Position numbers and translations under genes: made by a program
Assembly: GCA_030141605.1 (NCBI GenBank)
Contig: JAQGDQ010000106.1
Coordinates: 496,001-560,000, forward strand
Length of the DNA: 64,000 nt
Reading direction: 5' to 3'
From: Tubiluchus corallicola
Lineage: Eukaryota; Animalia; Priapulida
In this document: piece by piece, positions 53,004-64,000 of the stretch
Layout of the letters: each line of letters starts with the position of its first letter
Position numbering within the stretch: the first letter of the stretch is position 1
Notes under the pieces: model-generated
The model's input: the letters and a program-made list of their open reading frames with translations, nothing else
The model's database searches: none
What the model was told of the DNA's origin: nothing

Positions 53004-56000
53004 CTAAATAATAAAAAATTATCAAAAAGTAAGAAGTAGTAGTAATAGTTTGGTGCTTAGTGAGTGGAGTGAGTGAGTGTAAGTAAATCATACAGGTGCT
53101 ACAAGTTTCAGTTATATCCATTTTATTGTCATAATTAATGGAATGTTTAGGAGTTCCAACAAACACACAGTATTGTAGCAGCACTTCAAAGAAAAGATCT
53201 AAAGGCCCATTTCTTACAAGCGTCTGGACATTTAAGTTAACATAGAATCAAAATCACACTAGACGATTTTGTCTGAATGTCCTGCTAAACAGATAGCACA
53301 GAAATAAAACTTTCTGAAAATTGCCATATGTTTTTCAGGTAGCACACAATTGCACTGTTAAGTATGGTAGAATGTTTGGACCAACCAACCCCATTAAACA
53401 CAAAGTCACTACTGCCTAAAATAAAGGGTGGGCAAACTTGTTGGACTAAGGGCCATTTTGATATAACTATGATCAATGGGGGGAGGGAGGAGACACACTT
53501 AAAACTTGGATTCAATCTTAAGGCTTTTACACTGTTAATTTTGTTAGATAAAGGTCATTGATATGGTGATAAAAAGACATAATAAAAAATATAATTCTTT
53601 AGTTACGGAAGCCAGTTACACAGGTTTGTTTACTTCACTGCTATGGCCATGGAAAACATTTTAGAAAATTTAACCAGTAAGACTTACAAACAACAGTTGT
53701 ATGTTCATAAAATTACCACTGATGATGACAGCAGCAGCTAGTCGAAACGTTTGGCACGATTTTAACTTTTTAATATAAAAGTTTTTAACAAAGTAGTGTT
53801 GTTTTTACCTATTTAATATTTAACATTAGTACTCAATAACAAACAACTATTTGTTTAATTACAAGATTCTGTTTTGGTAACACACCATAAGAAGTTATTG
53901 TCAAACGTGCAAAAGTCAATGTGGCCCAGTTAAAAAGCAACTACGTAGTGACATTTCTGAACCATAATAAATGACTGTTTTTAAGCTTAAATTTAACAAA
54001 AATGTAACAGCCTTCATGAGTTTTTACACAAGAATTTTAATGAGATAAAAACTGACCACAGCTTTTAACTATTTTCTTGAAATCTGGTGCAAGATTACTA
54101 GTTGAAATTTGCATAGCTGCAGGCAAGTTGGAATCCCACAAAACAGATCTATTTTTGCATTTGTTGATTTTTAAACAAGAAAATGTCCATTCATAAATAT
54201 ATATGGACCCAAACAATGAAAATATTTTTGTAGCAAAGTTTCTCAACTGAGCAAATTTTCCGACAGAAAGTGAGCCATAAAATTCAATCAGGGAAACTGA
54301 CTTAAAAGGCTCTGTCAGTACATGGTCTGCCTGCAGGTCAGTTAGCTGCAGTTGAATGTTCTCAGGTGCTGAATCAACTTCTGCACTGAACAAAGGCCCC
54401 ATGCTTTTGAAATCTGTGAACCTTCTCACAGATTCCTCTCTCAAGGCATCCACCTGTTCCTTGAATTTTGCAGCAAGATTTTTGTAATGTTTCAGAACAA
54501 GGTCGCAACGGGTACATGTCCTAGTTGACTTTTTGGAAATAAAATACTAGTCAGCAGGCCATAGTTTGCCTACCCCTACTCTACAGTGTTAGGCTGCATT
54601 TATACAGCAACATATAATATCAAACATTTACAGACTGACACTGATATGCACAGATGTATATAAAAAATCACACAGCTGAAATAATCCAGAATTTACCTGT
54701 AATGCCTGACTTTCTCTAAAACACCTCTGCTATTTCTTCTCCACAGATTGACTGGAAACGGAGAACGTTTTCCTAAAATACGCAAATGATTAGCCTTTTG
54801 CAGTAAATATACCAAATATGTTGTATATACCTGGTGTAAATAGCCACAACAAGCGCAGCAAACATTTAGTTAACAGTTAAAATCGTGTTTCAAAAATAGT
54901 TGTGCTTTTTCACACACCTTGGTGTTAAAATTGAGTTTTGTGGTTAGCCAGAATTAATGTATCTAAAAATGCCTTTGAATGAGTTAAGACCGGCTAACTT
55001 GATTACATCAAAATTCAATTCTCAGTGAAACTTTATGAAAAAATTCAACTAAAGAGCTCCGACAACAAAATATAACAGGTTGAAAATCAAAACGCCGAGA
55101 AGGCATTTGTCTATAAAGTGCAATACATTGCAGTAATTATTTAAACATTACTCAGGAATGAGCGAAAACTAATGAAATCCCATGTTTCTCATTTTAAAAT
55201 TTGCCCAAAGCTATATCACGTAGATATAAATACTGAAAAACGTACTTTCGTTGGCATGCTTTAACGATAGCATTGCAGCAGCCGCATCAAAGTCTGACAC
55301 TGAAATACAAACAGGAAACTGGCATTAAAAACAATGGATATAAACTTGCGTATATAAATTCAGCACCGAGTTCGCCCAACACAAATGTATCCATTAGAAA
55401 TTTGGATGATCATTTACAGTAAAACAATATTCCTTGGAAATATTTGTAACTCTGTAAGATCAGTAAGGTCACATACACGATATTCAGAGACATATCAAAA
55501 CAATTATAAATTTATAATGTTAATGCACTGGCTTTTTTGTTTATAAGTAAGATGCTGAAATATTAAATGCATTAAGGTTTTTATGCTATACTAACTTCTA
55601 CTAAATATTTTCCATGAAAATTTTTGAATAAAGTTTGGTCACTGAAGCAAACCAATTGAGTTATCAAAAAATATGCCACAATACAGTCATGACTTTGAAT
55701 GTTAATTAATAAGGGTAAAGAAAATGCAAGCTTACTAATGAAAATTAAGAAAGGTTTAATAACTGCCGTATAACCAGTAGGGGAAAACAGATATAACAGA
55801 CATAGAAATGAATAATTAATCTTGTTGGCCTGACTTGACATGGGATTTTTTAAACTGTCAATGACCAAAAATCAATTCTTTATTAGTCTTTTCTACTGTA
55901 TAGTGGCCAGTTTGACAATACCCCCAAAATTGGTTATGGAAGTCCTAAAGCTCAAGCCAATTTGAAGTCACTTCTCATTCGGAAGTGAATAAGTCCACGT

Positions 56001-59000
56001 ATAGAAGAGTCTCTTATTCTAGCAGTTTCTTCCCTGAAACATCAGCTCTATAGAATTTTCTCTTGTTTCTTGTTTCTTGTTTCTATGTCAGTATCTTGTC
56101 TCTTCTTCCTTTAATCTCTCTCAGTTTAAGAAACACATCTAGAAACCAGCTTATGACCACTTCTTAAATTAACTGACTTCTTTAAAATCTTTTGAAATTG
56201 AGTTCTCCGAGTATGTAGCCGGTTACCATAGTGGTTTTGAAACTAAATTTCACGAACTGCCAAACAGTTTATATTGCTGGTCTGTCACATGTGCGAGGTT
56301 TGGTCATGAGTGTGAGTAGTCAGTGTAACAAAACCAGTTTTTCGTTATCCGTAAAGATACAGAGAAACTGTGCTACCCAGTAATAACAGCAATTTCCAAA
56401 TGAAATTGACACATTTCACTAAAGTGCTTCTAATTAAAGTCGGTATCGCACATCAAACTGATAATATTGGTGGACTAGCTAAGTTCAATGAGTAAATGTT
56501 GGTGGACCAGCTAACTTCAACGAGCATGTAAAACACAGCTAATTATTCCCACTTTGATATTTACAACACCGCGTTGATTACATTAATTGAAGTCATTAAG
56601 CAAACAACGTCTTCAGTCAATTAAACAGGCAAGTAGGTCAATAGATACTTATTTCTGCCAGTAAATCTGTAACGACTAAGAGGTATATTTTGCGAGAAAG
56701 AGGAAGCGAAAAAGGGCCGACAATCAAAGATCAATATTACATCTTTCATTCTAGCAAAAAAATAATATCGTCAGCACACCAATAAATGACATTCAAGTGC
56801 ACTCCTCCTCCAATCCCTACTCAGCACTTAAAACAAGCAAGCCACAAAGCCAAGCGTACAGTGCTGCCACGTTGCGGGAAACCTAAACTAAGCAAACCAG
56901 CGCTGATTTTAAATGAATGAACGCACGGCACTCGGGCTTCCTTAATCAATGCTTTACAACTGTGACTGCTCTTCCAGCACTCTGCTGTAACGCGTAACTA
57001 TGACAACACTATGGCAACAAATGTGCAGCTATTAACCCAGGCAAGCGGCTTCAGATCGACTAAGCTGATAAATATAGTAGCCCGTCAGTTTTCCGATAAA
57101 GTAATGAAAACTGGATCCGTTCTGAAGCCCGTGGAGAAATTTTTATGTTTTGGCTTCATTAGAGAAGCCAATCAAAATGGGAAGATAGCGGAAGTGGCAT
57201 TACTAAAAACGTGGGACCTTTCATAACATTTCAGCTGCCAATAGATAGAGAGACGGGGCAAATATTTCTCACAGTCCCTGATTAATAATTATTTTCAAAA
57301 GGCGCCTAAAATCTCATATTAGCTAACTACTATGAAGTACATCTTTAGGAGGTATTTCATTATTCTATTACTCTGTAAATAGGGCAACGAAAATAGGCCT
57401 GGTGCGACTGACTTTGCCATGAACAGTACGATCAAGGCAAAAACATACAAACAACATCTGCATCACTTTTCTGTATTTAAAGGAAAGGCAAGGCTTCTGG
57501 GAAGTTAGCTTTATTTAATGTTGTTCATGAAACATGTTAGAAGGATTTAGTGATAAATCCTCGTGTAATTAGTAAAATCACTTTAAAGTCATAATTATTT
57601 CACACTTGGGCGCTCGTACTTGGAAAGCCCATTCTTCCACCAATGACGGCATCACACTGTCAATTTCCATCAAAAGCATAATGTTTTTTTACGAAGCATT
57701 AGATAGCCAATTTTGTGATGCATTGAACGTTAGGTAACCTGCAGAAGTTTCAATTAGTTTCAGCACAGAAATCTTACAGAAAGCGAAGATGCGCCTATAA
57801 AAAGTCAGGAAATCCACCAGTAACATTATAATTTTCAAGCGAACAGTGGCTACCAACGCCTCTGAAAATTTCTATACAGCGATAGTATAAATTAACTTTA
57901 TTCTTAATAGAGTTTTGATTAACTAAGTTTAAGTGATAACATTGTGTTAAAATATAGTTAATAACCCAACATGTTAAGTAACTTGTTTTTCCTTTAAATA
58001 TTGTTCCACTTCAAGAATGTAAATCAATGCAAAACAACTTTTCAACAAATTTTTTCTGCACAAAAAAACCTGTTTCTGACTTTTTATGCCATTGATTAAT
58101 TGAATGAATGATCGACAAAGTTAGGTAATGAAAACTGTCAATTAAAATTTTAATGCCAGGATTTCATTTCACCTATCAGGAAAAAAGTTAAGACAGTTTA
58201 AAAGTTCAATTTTCAGGGTTTGTGGCTGGTTACAAGTACATTACAATACAACAACCAATTTTAACACCAGATTGCTAATCACAACATCCTAGCTAGTTTT
58301 TACTGCTGAGAAATAACAGATGTGTGGACTGTTTTTGTTAAGATTTAGTATTTATCCAGGCTGAGATTTTGATAGGCAGTTTAATGTGATCAATATATTT
58401 AATGCATTGAGTAACAGGAGCTGCCATCAGGTTCCTCATGCCTGCAAAATATGCTGTCACTATCCATGTAGTTCTGCTAAAAAGCATATTAAATTTTAGG
58501 AAGTACTGAAAATGCAAGAACAAAGAGCACTAACTTGGGAAATTGTTTTCTTAGAATAGTAAATAGCAAATTAGCTTACTGACACACATCATACTGTAGT
58601 AGCACTAACAGCTTATTCAAGGCAAAATTTAAATAGTTTTTTTCTACTTGATATTTTAGTTAAGGGAATATCATCAGTCTTACAATTTTACATGCACGAT
58701 TATAAGCCATTTTAAACAGCCTGTCTGCTTTGCAAAAGTTCTGTAAATTTAAGAGGCAGGGCGCTCCTAGAAAAAATATAAGTGCTAGTACCTGATAGCC
58801 AATAACCTCCTGTGACACATATTGTTGTCTGCTAAATTGCAAATCGGTGAGTGCAGTTGAAGGGAATAACATGAGTTTTATAACTTTAATTTAATAATTA
58901 CCAGCCGAAACAAATAAAATTATTTGAAGGTGCAAAAGAAGGATAAGTGCAGTATGAATGACTACTTCCAGATGCTGCATAAGTAGTGGCAGTGTTCTGA

Positions 59001-62000
59001 GTTAAGTCTGGACTTCAGAGTGGCAGAACTTAAAGTACAAAATTATAAAAACAGCAAAATCAAAGCTGCATCAATCTGTTAGTCAGAAAACCTAGTTACA
59101 GTAGTAGTATAACCTCAATTATCCCAACACTAATTATTCGAACAACAAGTCATAAAAACTTGCATTTGACATAATCTCACTTTATATACAGACAATTTTT
59201 ATGAACTTCAGAACAGTAAACTTCAGAACTGTGACAGAACCTAACACATACAAACAGACATCACGTTTGATTCATTATGGAAGCAGTACAATAACAATCA
59301 GATAGTTGTGTGGTGTCTCACAAACAGACATCACATCTGATTCACTGTGGAAGCAGTACAATAACAATCAGCTAGTTGTAAGGTGCCTCACAATTATAAT
59401 CAACTATCCAAATGTACTCGGCTCCTATTATTTAAGACAACAGGAGAAGCCATCACCTGCTAAAAGTTCTTCTAAAAGAAAGATCTGGTCATGATCTGCA
59501 GTTACATGGAATTCAGGAGTGTCCATTGAATACAGGTTATCCCACCACTTCATATGTCAGATAGCTCGTAAATGAACATACACAAGAATTTGAACCCATG
59601 CAGGCAGTTGCAGTCCAAGTCGTAAAATGTCAGCACACGGCTATAAATTTTAGCATTTAGTAATCAATTTTGAGCTTTCACATTTTATATAATATTATAG
59701 CCGCAGAGCCATGATTTATAATCACGAGTCTGGGAAACTAGCATTTATCATTAGTAGAACATGTCACTTGTTAGCAAACCAGGTTGTTTAGAAAGCATTT
59801 TATAAGTACTGCGACAGCTGAAAATTTCATGTTGACTATACGAAAAATTACGCAGGTAGCCAAACGGCTTGTCTGAAGCAAATGACTCTTAAGACAGACA
59901 TGTTTAAATCACTTACCTTCAGACTTTATGGAAGAGGCAGCAAGACGTTTACTCAGTAGAGGAAATAAATCTGAAAAAAAACTTAGAATGAAACAAATTG
60001 TTGACTAGACCTACATAGTACACTTCAAAGTTGGCACACTTACTACACCATGCAGTTATAAATTATTTCAATGCATTATTTCTGAATAAGATGCAATAGA
60101 TTGGTCAAATTTGAATAAAGTTTTGCTCAAGACCTTTACTTTTACGATAGTTTAATTGGAACAGTAACTTAAACTCTAATATATGGAAACTATATCTATA
60201 AAGGCACAAACATCTAATTGTACAAAAAAAGATTTCCCAATTCTCCATAGGAAATATGTTAATGAATGAGATAATATTCAACCTACCAGTAAATGAGAAA
60301 GTGGTTACTCATTCCAGCATAACAATTATACATTCGTGGTATGACATAAGCTTAATTTTAAAAAAATTAGATCAGTTTTAGTTTCAGCTCTAAATTTTAA
60401 CCCAGTTTGCTTAATGTTTTAATCAATCACTAATAATTCAATTACTCAATCAGACAAAACTGAGAAAAGCAAAACATAAATTAAAAATTCTAATCAACAT
60501 TTTATAAGTGTTTGAATGTTGAGATCCAAAAAAACTCTCATTGTTTAAAAATTAACAATAATAATCATTAATCTTCTGTTCTGTTACTTTTGTTAGTTTT
60601 TGAATACATTACTGTATAAACAGCTTTTCTCAATGTATGCAATTTTTTGGATGAGGTTTAGCGCCCTTGCATATCAACTTGTGCATATAGTGAATAACTC
60701 ATGGGTGCCAAAAGAAGAACAGCAAAAGAGTGATTATCAGTCACCAGCTGTTTAGAAAATGATGTAAAACCTGCAGGGCAGCATCTAACAAAACAGTTCA
60801 GCACACACACTGTGCAAATTTGATTGTTGTTGTGCTTGCAACCAGAATTCACAAAATTATAACCAGTAAAGTTAAAAAATACTTGTAAGTAAGATAAGAA
60901 ATGCAGAATTCTTTCCTTATAATGCAGTATGTAAAAACACAAAAGTCTCTCATTAAAAAAAAACCTAGTTGACATAAAATATAAAACTCTATTTTACAAA
61001 AGTGAAAAATTGAAGATTTGCCACATTAGTTGTTTTAAAAAATAATTACAGAAAAACTACCTTCACAAAAATAGAAAAAATGTAAAAAAGCAAGTTGTAT
61101 TAAACCTGGTCCCAAAATCTTGAGGGTCTTTACATTATTGAAATTGTGCAAATAACATAAAACACGACACAAAGATTTTCTTGATGTGAACAAACACTGA
61201 CAATAAAAAAATTATATAATCAACAAAATGTAGTGAGAAGCTTAATAAAATCTGACATTTTGGTGCAAATTATAAAACAGATGTTTTGATAAACTTTTAT
61301 TATCATCAAAAATTAAATTAATTTGATGATATCTAGATTTTAAAAGTAATTCAAAGTTTACAACTATACAGAAACTTACGGTACGTATATGTGTACCGAA
61401 ATATAATTTTGCATTAAAATATGCTAATTATTCTTCTGTGTCCTTTCACAAAAATTATTGGCAGAGTGAAAACACAACAGTTGGTAGAATAAAACAAAAT
61501 TAAAGTTTGAGTTCTTTGCCTCAATGTGAATGACTGTCACCTATTTTATTGGCCTCACTAAAGGGACTTTTACTACACTCTTTATCAGTAGAGATTCTCA
61601 ATTCTTCTGCTTAAGAAGTATTTCAAAAAGAAGTTAACCTCCATAACACTTTTGGGTCAGCATCATTTTTGACTAAAAACTTCATTGTCAAAAGAATTTT
61701 TTGCAGATCATATGTATATATATATATATATCATCTTTATTCACACATGCAATGTTGCATTAGGGTACTATTTACACTGGTATATGCATTATGCTGCCTT
61801 AGTTCATTCTCTACATTCGTACTCCGATGCAGTCAGTCAAACTTATCCAAACTTTTAAAAAAAATGTGTAGCAATCAAATCAACTTAAAGACTTTGCAAA
61901 TACAATCTAAATGAGAAAAAGTTTAAACTTTAACGTTACTCATGCAATAAATTTTTACCTGGTGGAGGCAAGTTGACATTTTGTCGCTGAGCTTGATAAT

Positions 62001-62503
62001 GACCTTTAGATCCATACGGTAGGCTGAAAATGGACAGAAAAATGCACAACTTTCAAAAATAAAAAAATGCAGAACTTTAATATTTTCCATGTTTAACAGG
62101 AACTCTGTAAAAATGGCTGACAGCAATAGAGAAGTTTACTAAAGCATATATATTAGTATAGTACAAATAAAAAGTATCATCATAGATAACTAAATACTTT
62201 CTGGTAGATCACTTTGATACATTAATAAGATTATTTTTAACAGTCAAACATGCGCTGTTCATGAAAAGTTTGGTGCTTTATTGCTTACTCCACTGACTTA
62301 AGAGAACTAACTACTAGGAATAACTGTTCTTAAAAATGTGTTAATTATCTAATTATCACATACTCATCTGGGGAAGACTGGTTGTTGCTAGCACGCAGAG
62401 CATGTAACTGATGATATGGATGGTATGGTGTTTTTCTCAGTGCTTGCAAAAGATTTGGCCGAAATTGTGGATCAACCATCCATAAAGATCCTTTACCAAT
62501 ATT
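52457..62503 (-). CDS. FOXN3: Forkhead box N2/3 (CHES-1-like) transcription factor, 3' part; 5' exons lie beyond the right edge
   Basis: End of forkhead domain [27 protein letters not shown], then [38 protein letters not shown], all FoxN2/3-like. Exons 62364-62503, 61959-62023, 59917-59970, 55246-55299, 54697-54772, 52457-53003 join in frame (936 nt). Co-ortholog of vertebrate FOXN2 and FOXN3. Confidence 0.92.
53716..53754 (+). ncRNA. Minimal type I hammerhead ribozyme motif of the Penelope-like-element kind
   Basis: CCA-CTGATGA-T-GAC-(11 nt)-GTC-GAAACGTT-TGG: stem I CCA/TGG, core CUGAUGA, stem II GAC/GTC, GAAA, palindromic ACGT in place of stem III, UH site. Confidence 0.75.
54037..54453 (-). 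pseudogene. C-terminal fragment of a hAT Buster/GTF2IRD2-like transposase
   Basis: [15 protein letters not shown]...LIEFY...[36 protein letters not shown] resembles the FGSTYxCExxFSxMKxxKxxxRSxL dimerisation region; most of the transposase is missing. Confidence 0.85.
54697..54772 (-). CDS. FOXN3: FoxN2/3 internal exon
   Basis: TTTTAG acceptor, AG|GTAAAT donor; supplies the required phase 1 to 2 change. Confidence 0.78.
55246..55299 (-). CDS. FOXN3: FoxN2/3 internal exon
   Basis: [14 protein letters not shown], resembling the FOXN3 DIDAASAMMLL motif. Confidence 0.87.
59249..59393. repeat. About 70-bp tandem duplication
   Basis: ACAAACAGACATCAC...GGAAGCAGTACAATAACAATCAG.TAGTTGT..GGTG.CTCACAA twice. 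Confidence 0.85.
59581..59645 (-). mobile_element. Decayed tRNA-derived SINE head
   Basis: TAGCCGTG...GGACTGCAAC...GGGTTCAAATTC (B box). Confidence 0.4.
59917..59970 (-). CDS. FOXN3: FoxN2/3 internal exon
   Basis: [18 protein letters not shown]; strong splice sites. Confidence 0.85.
61959..62023 (-). CDS. FOXN3: FoxN2/3 internal exon
   Basis: TTTTCAG acceptor, CAG|GTAAAA donor; supplies the required phase 2 to 1 change. Confidence 0.8.
62364..62503 (-). CDS. FOXN3: FoxN2/3 exon with the end of the forkhead domain
   Basis: [30 protein letters not shown]; GTTTCAG acceptor, GTATGT donor; absent from the ORF track. Confidence 0.93.
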
Positions 62504-64000
62504 CTGAAACAACAAACACGAGACTAATAAAGCACACGAATAAGTTATTAAATTCAGTGCCCAGGTTCAGGAAACATTAAACTTTTTCAGACTCTTAAAC
62601 AAAACCTTGGTTATTATTTGTAAGATGATGTATGCAAGCAGTCTTCTCAGATGCTGCCAAGAATGAGTCATAATATTGTAGGGTCTACTGAGTAGTGAGT
62701 ATTAACACCACACTATCCTCATTCCTTAACCTATGAAACTGACGAACTCGCCTTCTCTGCAACACCTACTGTCATTACCATCATAATTATTATCATCATT
62801 GACATCATGATTATCGCAGTCATCACAACAATAAACAATGTTATCTAACGTATTTCCTGTGTCTTTCATTATAAGAAATTGGGTATTTAAATAACTCTAA
62901 AACTGAAATGACACTTTAGAACTATAACAACATTCAAACATTAGCTATATCGTTGAAATTAGGTATAACAGTAGTCATGATTATATACCAAATTAGCCAA
63001 GTTGGTATTACCATACCATATAATATTATTTTTATTAATTTACATGTTAAGCTAAAAACTTTTTTAGGATGCCATCTGGCACCATGCGATTATGAAAGAT
63101 ATTTTTGTGTTAAATGTCGCAAGCTATATGAAATAAATGTGCTATTTAAACGAATTCATATGTAAAAATGATTCAAATGAACAAAGTATCATCGAGCTAA
63201 GATTTGTCACAGCTTTATTCATACACATACAAAGTAGATAAATTTGCATTTACATGCATATTTAATAACAAACATAATCAATAATCCAAAAATATAAATT
63301 ATTATGTAATAAGGGAAAAAAACTTAAACAGTTATCTAACACGTATTAGGTTAATAATACGTGCTAGTCAGTAAATTTAATTCTCAGTGCGAAATTGACA
63401 AAAATAAACTGGTTGTATGACAATATTAAAAAAAGATACTCAATACTTTAAAAAGTATAGATAAGATGCATCTGTAACACATTGCCATAGTGTGGTCACT
63501 GTTGACACTGTACAGCCTGGTTGATGTTACTACCTCAACCTTTTTATAACACTCATTTGGTAAAGTATGCAAATGAAAAACAACTATGCCTACATCTTAT
63601 TGATTTTATTAAAAATCAGTTACTTACACATACAAATAATCTAAACAGCATACATTTTTCCTTAATTGTATTTGAAACCCCGGAATATAAAAGAATTCAA
63701 TTTGATAATTTTAAAACTGTAAAACACAAGACTGCATTACATTTGTGTATGAAAGTGGTTTATCACATCCTAAATTGAATATAGAATAAATTTAAACTTA
63801 AGTGTCAGTTAATATCTGATTGCACTAATCAACATGTTTATGGTTCTACAAATTATTAACCAGTACTGCTAATAAAAATAAAGACAAAACTGCTAACTTA
63901 TAGCTTGAAACTGAAGTGATGCTCACATTTTGTTACTAATTTATTCCGCCTTAAATTTTTGTTGCAGTACTTATAAGGAGGGGTGGACAGTCAGAGGTAA

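Larger units (their letters stand above)
53423..54578 (-). mobile_element. Internally deleted hAT (Buster/Charlie/SPIN-like) DNA transposon relic in the last FoxN2/3 intron
   Basis: Terminal inverted repeats TAGGGGTAGGCAAACT (minus from 54578) and AAAGGGTGGGCAAACT (plus from 53423), 13/16 match. Right flank CTCTACAG fits the Buster NNNTANNN target, but the left copy is not recognisable. Confidence 0.75.

Noticed and set aside
62722-62730. TTCCTTAAC U12 branch consensus
   Set aside because: It is on the plus strand while the host gene is minus, and no U12 donor is associated.

Overview
AT-rich, intron-containing invertebrate animal genomic DNA (species not identifiable from the sequence). It holds four protein-coding genes, reconstructed by hand from splice signals and frame continuity. 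(1) pecanex (PCNX) on the minus strand: 27 coding exons, 19013 down to 305, about 1714 codons, continuing past the left edge, with one U12 minor-spliceosome intron. (2) A mixed-lineage kinase (MLK; MAP3K9/10/11/21 or slipper family) on the plus strand, head-to-head with pecanex: 8 coding exons, 20517-43647, 1197 aa. (3) Tubulin-specific chaperone A (TBCA) on the minus strand with an uninterrupted CDS. (4) The 3' half of a FoxN2/3 (CHES-1-like) gene on the minus strand, 62503 down to 52457. Introns carry hAT and other MITE relics, tRNA-derived SINE heads, tandem duplications and a polypurine (GA)n tract. The best leads are a minimal Penelope-type hammerhead ribozyme nested in a hAT relic, a candidate 27-nt RBFOX-flanked microexon next to the MLK CRIB motif, the PCNX-MLK head-to-head pair, and clustered miR-1/miR-7/miR-124/miR-2 seed sites in the MLK 3'UTR. 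I found no evidence for a wholly new multi-gene system; most short ORFs in the supplied track are spurious.
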